IMG/VR virus record: IMGVR_UViG_3300031521_001337 | Span: 62,001-126,000 of that record | DNA: 64,000 bases | Strand: one strand, 5' to 3' | Shown here: in pieces, positions 58,712 through 64,000 of the stretch | Layout: every line of letters starts with the position of its first letter | Numbering within the stretch: the first letter of the stretch is position 1 | Made by a program: the position numbers and the translations under genes | Notes under the pieces: model-generated | Told to the model about the DNA's origin: nothing | Databases searched by the model: none | What the model saw: the letters and a program-made list of their open reading frames with translations, nothing else

Positions 58712-59602
58712 ATGGGTAAAACATTAACAACACAAGAATTTATTGAGAAAGCAAAATTAGTTCATAATGAAAAATACGATTATTCTAAAGTTGATTATAA
58801 AAAATCATCTAAGAAAGTAATAATTGTATGTAAAGAACATGGTGAATTTGAACAAACTCCGAATATTCATTTAGATAATCATGGGTGTCCAGCTTGTTCT
58901 AAATTAAAAAAGCGAAACGATATTTCAAAAATTCCAAATATAAAATTATCTAATTATATTGTTTCAAATCCGATTGAACTTTCAGGAAAATTAGAAATAA
59001 TAGGATCTATTTATTTATTTATAAATCCTATAAATAATAAAAAATATATTGGAAAAACAATTATGAAATTAAGTAGTAGATTTTCTGCACATTTAAATAA
59101 ATCAAAACATTCTGATTACTATTTTTATAGATCCATCCGTAAATATGGATGAAATGTATTTGAAAAACATGTATTATATCAAACAGAAATAGTTGATAAC
59201 AATAAAGAAAATAAAAAATTAATAGATTCTATTATTTGTGGAAAAGAAATAGAATTTATTAATTTATTTGAATCAAATAATCCTAAATTTGGATATAATG
59301 AAACAAATGGAGGTGAAGGAACAGCTGGATGTAAATTTTCTAATAAAGTTAAAGAAAAAATGAGTAATGCTAGAAAAGGTAAAGGAAATTCAATGTATGG
59401 AAAAACATTAGATAAAAATCCTAGATCTATTCCAATTTTACAATTAGATTCTAATAATAATATAATAAAAAGATGGAGCTGTGCTGTTGAAATACATCAA
59501 GAATTAGGATACTCTATTAGTAGAATTAGAGATTGTTACAATAATAAATGTGAGATATATAAAAAATATAAATGGATAAAAGAAGAAAATTATGGAAAAT
59601 AA
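58712..59602 (+). CDS. GIY-YIG homing endonuclease (Zn-ribbon N-terminus, NUMOD3/HTH-like tail) with one in-frame TGA (59150..59152)
   Basis: CKEHG...GCPAC; SIY..IN..NNKKYIGKT; SIRKYG*NVFEK...E..FI...GYN...GG; frame continues into 59360..59602. Confidence 0.82.
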
Positions 59603-59909
59603 AATAAGATGTCCAAAATGTAGTTCAGATAAATTAACAGCAAACAAGAAAGGATTTAGTGGAGGAAAAGCTGTAATAGGTGGATTATTAACTGGTGGTA
59701 TTGGATTAACTGCTGGTTTTATTGGTAGTAATAAGATACAAATAACATGTATAAATTGTGGTCATATGTTTAAACCTGGACAAGGTATTTCTGAAAATGA
59801 ATTAACTGATGAAGAAATATTATCATCTAATTCATCTAATCAAGGATGTATGTATACTATGATTGGTATATTTGCATTAATTGTATTTATAACAATATTA
59901 TTTTTATAA
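59592..59909 (+). CDS. Zn-ribbon / Gly-zipper membrane protein
   Basis: CPKC...GKAVIGGLLTGGIGL.AG...CINCG; C-terminal TM segment. Confidence 0.7.
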   Translation: MENKIRCPKCSSDKLTANKKGFSGGKAVIGGLLTGGIGLTAGFIGSNKIQITCINCGHMFKPGQGISENELTDEEILSSNSSNQGCMYTMIGIFALIVFITILFL

Positions 59910-60082
59910 AATATGGAACCAGAAGAATTAAAAACAGTTGATATTACAGTAATGTTGACAATGAGTGTAGAAGTACCTATTGATACAACTGATGATATAT
60001 TAAGAGAAGAAACTATGACTATATTAACTAGAGATTTACGTCATACAGATTTTGAAATTGAAGAAATATTAATTGAAGATTA

Positions 60083-60352
60083 ATGAAAGTAATTAAAGTA
60101 ATTTATAATAATGAGTGTGAATTCATTATGAAAATTGTTGCTGAAGTAACTGAACCTCATATCTTAGAGGAATATAACATCAGTTATCGTCAAGATAGAA
60201 AAAAAGCTCGTGAAATAATGGAAAGACACGGAACAAAAAAACTTCCGTTAATAGTATTGGAGGATGAGAATCTTGAAGAATACACTGCTATTTGGAGTGA
60301 ACAAAACCCAGATTGGAAAGTAGAATTAATTAAGAAAATGAGTGATGAGTAA
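60083..60352 (+). CDS. glutaredoxin/thioredoxin-fold-like protein lacking CxxC
   Basis: HG..KLPLIV cis-Pro-like motif. Confidence 0.45.
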   Translation: MKVIKVIYNNECEFIMKIVAEVTEPHILEEYNISYRQDRKKAREIMERHGTKKLPLIVLEDENLEEYTAIWSEQNPDWKVELIKKMSDE

Positions 60353-60515
60353 ATATAGAATATATGTAGACAATAATAATTTAGATAAAACGATTGAAAT
60401 AGAAGCACATGATGTATATGCACATTATCAAGCAGGTATAAACTTACTTAGAGATAAGAATAATAATACAATTGCATCTATTCCACTAGGTTTAATTATT
60501 ACTAAAATTGACTAA

Positions 60516-61001
60516 ATGAAAGTAAACGTAATAAATAAAAGTACAAATAAACTTCCTGAATATGCTAAACCAGGTGATGCTGGTATGGATTTAAGAGCTG
60601 ATTTCTCACGAGGAATTAGTGATGAATATATGTATGGTGCTGTTTATGATGAAGTAAGAGAAGTTGTATTAGTATACCCAGGTGGTAGATACTTAGTTCC
60701 TACTGGTCTATTTACTTCATTTCCACCAGGATATGAATTTCAAGTTAGACCTAGAAGTGGATTAGCTCTTAAAGAAGGTATAACTGTTCTAAATACTCCA
60801 GGAACAATAGATGCAGGTTATCGTAACGAATGGGGAGTAATCCTTATGAATTTAGGTGATGATGTATTTGAAATTCAACATGGTGATAGAATTGCACAAG
60901 GTGTACTTGGGAAAGTATGTTTGTGTGAATGGAATGAAGTTGAAACATTGGATGAATCAGATAGAGGAAAAACAGGATTTGGAGCAAGTGGGGTAAAATA
61001 A
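60516..61001 (+). CDS. dut: dUTPase
   Basis: AGMDL, RPRSGLA, NTPGTIDAGYR, RIAQ, RG..GFG.SG. Confidence 0.97.
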   Translation: MKVNVINKSTNKLPEYAKPGDAGMDLRADFSRGISDEYMYGAVYDEVREVVLVYPGGRYLVPTGLFTSFPPGYEFQVRPRSGLALKEGITVLNTPGTIDAGYRNEWGVILMNLGDDVFEIQHGDRIAQGVLGKVCLCEWNEVETLDESDRGKTGFGASGVK

Positions 61002-61279
61002 TGAGTAAACTACAAACAATGAAAATTTTGGATGTCCAATGGGGTACTCCAAAAATGCCTGATGATGTTAGGAGATTCTTTTTTGATTATTATGACAATA
61101 TTGGTAATGATGTATGGGTTGATTATACCGTTGGAGATTCATCAGAATATGAATATAAAGAAGATGAAGATGGAAATGAAATCTGTGATATTAGCGAACT
61201 TAGTATTTTAGATAACTGGTTATGCTCTGAATGTGAGTTAGAACTAGGAGAAGAACTATTATTAAAACATTGGTGGTAA
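61001..61279 (+). CDS. acidic hypothetical protein
   Basis: 92 aa ORF. Confidence 0.6.
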   Translation: MSKLQTMKILDVQWGTPKMPDDVRRFFFDYYDNIGNDVWVDYTVGDSSEYEYKEDEDGNEICDISELSILDNWLCSECELELGEELLLKHWW

Positions 61280-61432
61280 TGAAAATTAGAGTAACATACG
61301 ATCAAATATTTTATACAGAAGAACTAGGAATTATCAGTGATGATATGGAAGTTATTCAAGAAGCTATTAGAGATAGACTTTTTGAAGATGCAGATGAAGT
61401 AGTTTCGTTTTTACAATTGGAAAAATTAGAAG

Positions 61433-62629
61433 ATGATAGTAAGTAAAATACATTTAGTAACAAGAAATGCAAGGGATAAAGTTCAAGTTGTAGTTGCTGA
61501 ATTAGAACAAAATGGTAATAGCTTTACTATTAAAAGGTCAACCGGACAATATCAAGGTAAAATGACAGAACAACCAGAAGTTACTATTGAAAGAGGTAAA
61601 GCTAAGAGGTCTGTTATTGAACAAGCTAATTTAGAGTTTAACAGTAAAATCAATAAATATCTTGATAAAGGATATAAACGATTAGACAGTTTAACAACTA
61701 AAAAGTTTGAGGAATTATCTGAGTCCGAAATCAATGATATTGTTCCAACACTTCGTTCTGATACTAATGGTAATCTTAAACCAATGCTTGCTAAAAAATC
61801 AGAAGACTGTCAAAATTCTGTGTTTAATAAACCACTTTATTGTTCAAGAAAACTTGATGGAGTAAGGTGTATGATTAAAATCAAATGGGATGAAGAACTT
61901 CAAAAAGTAGTTACAGTTTCAAGAGGTGGTAAAGACTATGATATAGCTGCTAGTAAAATTATGGCTCAACTTGAATCATTTTTAAAAGAACATCCAACTT
62001 ATGTATTTGATGGTGAATTATATCATCATGGAACACATTTACAAACTATATCAGGTGTTGCTCGACTTAAAACTTGGGAAGATCGTTGTGATATGTTAGA
62101 ATTTTGGATTTATGATTTAGCTATTCCTGATATGATATTTACGGATAGACTTTCAATTTTAGAAGAATTTGCATTTGAATGTGAAAAACCTGAATTTGAT
62201 AAAATTAAAGTAATTGAACATGTTTTAAGTTCTAGTTGGGATGATATTCAACGATTACATGATCGTTGGGTACTTGAAGGATTTGAAGGATTAGTTGCGC
62301 GTAAGCCTGATAAAATGTATGAATTTGGTAAACGTGGTTCAACTATGATTAAAGTTAAACAATATAAAGATGATGAATTTTTAATTGTTGATTATCAAGA
62401 TGGATTGAGACCAGAAGACTTCTGTTTTATTTGTGAAACTAAAGATGGTAAACCGTTTGCTGCGAAGCCAATTGGTGATAGAGAGTTGAAAGCTTGGTAT
62501 TTAGAAAATATTAATGATATTATTGGACATAAAGGTAAAGTTAAATACTTTAACTATTCTATTGATGGAATTCCTATCCAAACTATATTTCAAGCTGTTA
62601 GATATGATGAGGATATTGATAAAAAATAA
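61433..62629 (+). CDS. ATP-dependent DNA ligase
   Basis: KPMLA, RKLDGVRC adenylation motif, FDGELY, EG...RK, KVK, OB-fold G...TIF. Confidence 0.93.
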   Translation: MIVSKIHLVTRNARDKVQVVVAELEQNGNSFTIKRSTGQYQGKMTEQPEVTIERGKAKRSVIEQANLEFNSKINKYLDKGYKRLDSLTTKKFEELSESEINDIVPTLRSDTNGNLKPMLAKKSEDCQNSVFNKPLYCSRKLDGVRCMIKIKWDEELQKVVTVSRGGKDYDIAASKIMAQLESFLKEHPTYVFDGELYHHGTHLQTISGVARLKTWEDRCDMLEFWIYDLAIPDMIFTDRLSILEEFAFECEKPEFDKIKVIEHVLSSSWDDIQRLHDRWVLEGFEGLVARKPDKMYEFGKRGSTMIKVKQYKDDEFLIVDYQDGLRPEDFCFICETKDGKPFAAKPIGDRELKAWYLENINDIIGHKGKVKYFNYSIDGIPIQTIFQAVRYDEDIDKK

Positions 62630-62632
62630 ACG

Positions 62633-62887
62633 ATGCGAAAACTAATTAAATTCGGAGCCGATTGGTGTGTTCCATGTAAAACTGTCGATAAAATTCTTAT
62701 CGAATTGAGAAAAGAAACTGATATTGTTATTGAACACATCGACATTGATGAAGACGATAATAATCTAGTAGGATATTACAATGTACGTAATATTCCAACA
62801 ATCATCTATTTTGTAGATGATCAACAAGTGGGTAAAACTGTAGGTTCAGTATCTAAAGAAAAGATACTAGAATCTTTTAATGTTTAA
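62633..62887 (+). CDS. thioredoxin
   Basis: WCVPC, VRNIPT. Confidence 0.93.
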   Translation: MRKLIKFGADWCVPCKTVDKILIELRKETDIVIEHIDIDEDDNNLVGYYNVRNIPTIIYFVDDQQVGKTVGSVSKEKILESFNV

Positions 62888-62898
62888 AAAATAAAATT

Positions 62899-63551
62899 AT
62901 GTATGCATTATATAAAGTAGAAGTGTGGATTAAAGCTGATTTAGAATCAAGAACTCCATTAGCTGAAATACTGCAACAAGCTGAAAATATTCCATCTGGT
63001 CAAGTTAACTTTATCGAAGATGAAAATTACAAAACAGCAACAGAGAAATTCATCACCCCAGTAGAGGGTGGTGAAGCTACTCTAAAAATATTCTCTGATA
63101 AAGGAGAAGAGTTATACACAAATGAAAAACGATAAAAGTAATTTAAAAAATAAAATATTATCCGATTTTAAAAAATTTATAAAAAATTCATCTTTTCATA
63201 AAATGAATTTTAATAATAAAATGGTTAATAAGAAAGTATCTGAATATATATATTTATATTTTAGTGATATAATTATAAAAAATGATTATGTATTAATTTG
63301 GAGTGATAATACATCACTACTTTCTGCAAAATCATTAGGAATTAAAGGATATTCGAATAAATATAAAAATTTTACTTATAGAGTAATAAATAAAATCAAT
63401 TAAAATGGCTACAACAGTAAAACAATGTAACTGCACAGGACCTGCTGCAGAATTTCAAGACAAAACTTATGGTAAAGGAATGCGTTTGCATAACGAAAAA
63501 CTTGTAGGTAAAGGTGCTAAATGCACTGTGTGTGGAACAATTAAAAAATAG
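62899..63551 (+). CDS. three small hypothetical proteins (62899..63135, 63122..63403, 63405..63551 with CNC/CTVC)
   Basis: ORF track plus a 48-aa ORF read by eye. Confidence 0.55.
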
Positions 63552-63553
63552 TA

Positions 63554-64000
63554 ATGATAGTTGATAATTTTGAACAAATTAAACAACTTTTAACTTTCAA
63601 ATCTGAGGATGAGTTTTATCATCTTCAGATTCTGAAAAGAAAGAAAGATTGTCCAGAGCATGAACGAGCTCGTAATAACAATGCTCGTTGTGTTAAGACC
63701 TACTATATAAAAAATATTGAGTATTTAGAGTCGAAGAAATCCGAAATTATTGGATTGTGTGAAATGTTTAATGCTCGTGCATACATAAATCTTAATACCA
63801 AAAGCTTTGAGAAAGCGGCTTTACAATTAACTAAAGAAACAGTTAATCGAATTATATTCAAACAATATGAGCATGTATATCGTGCTTATGAAACTGTAGT
63901 AGGTGCTAAAGAATCTAATGTTGGTGATAAACGATGGATTATTGATGTTGATGAAAAAAATATGGAACTTGTATCTAAAACAATTTATGAAATTACTAAA
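63554..64000 (+). CDS. hypothetical protein, 3'-truncated by the window edge
   Basis: MIVDNFEQIK...FY.LQI.KRKKD...RWIIDVD; open to the end of the window. Confidence 0.7.
   Translation, partial: MIVDNFEQIKQLLTFKSEDEFYHLQILKRKKDCPEHERARNNNARCVKTYYIKNIEYLESKKSEIIGLCEMFNARAYINLNTKSFEKAALQLTKETVNRIIFKQYEHVYRAYETVVGAKESNVGDKRWIIDVDEKNMELVSKTIYEITK

Overview
AT-rich, 64 kb slice of a large dsDNA phage genome; essentially all real genes lie on the + strand. The replication gene set (family B DNA polymerase, SF2 and DnaB-like helicases, TOPRIM primase, ATP-dependent ligase, dUTPase, thioredoxin, Mre11-like phosphoesterase, DUF932-like protein) and Bacteroidota-type TAnnTTTG promoters suggest a crAss-like (Crassvirales) or related phage of a Bacteroidota host (inference). 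Layout: 1-14.5 kb early/host-takeover genes (SPFH lipoprotein, AAA ATPase, tmRNA, a 5-gene paralog array, NMNAT-Nudix plus NAMPT NAD module, bL12-like protein). 14.5-26.8 kb tRNA island with 23 tRNAs covering all 20 amino acids, Met-tRNA formyltransferase, HNH endonucleases, a 4-gene paralog array and many non-tRNA structured RNAs. 26.8-42 kb small hypotheticals, phosphoesterases, a peptide/membrane/HTH/Gly-rich cassette, radical SAM, RNase H, ClpP, ferritin. 42-64 kb replication and nucleotide metabolism. Most unusual signals: (i) a stand-alone RNA reproducing 23S rRNA helices 43-44 (uL11-binding GTPase-associated centre) with compensatory pairs and a 99-nt insertion; (ii) three tRNA-shaped RNAs without a normal anticodon loop; (iii) four genes with a single in-frame TGA at Trp or aromatic positions, suggesting UGA=Trp recoding or readthrough, next to a tRNA-Trp with a long variable arm; (iv) a ~480-nt ornate RNA directly upstream of an HNH gene. 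All structures and protein families were assigned by eye; no database or folding software was run.
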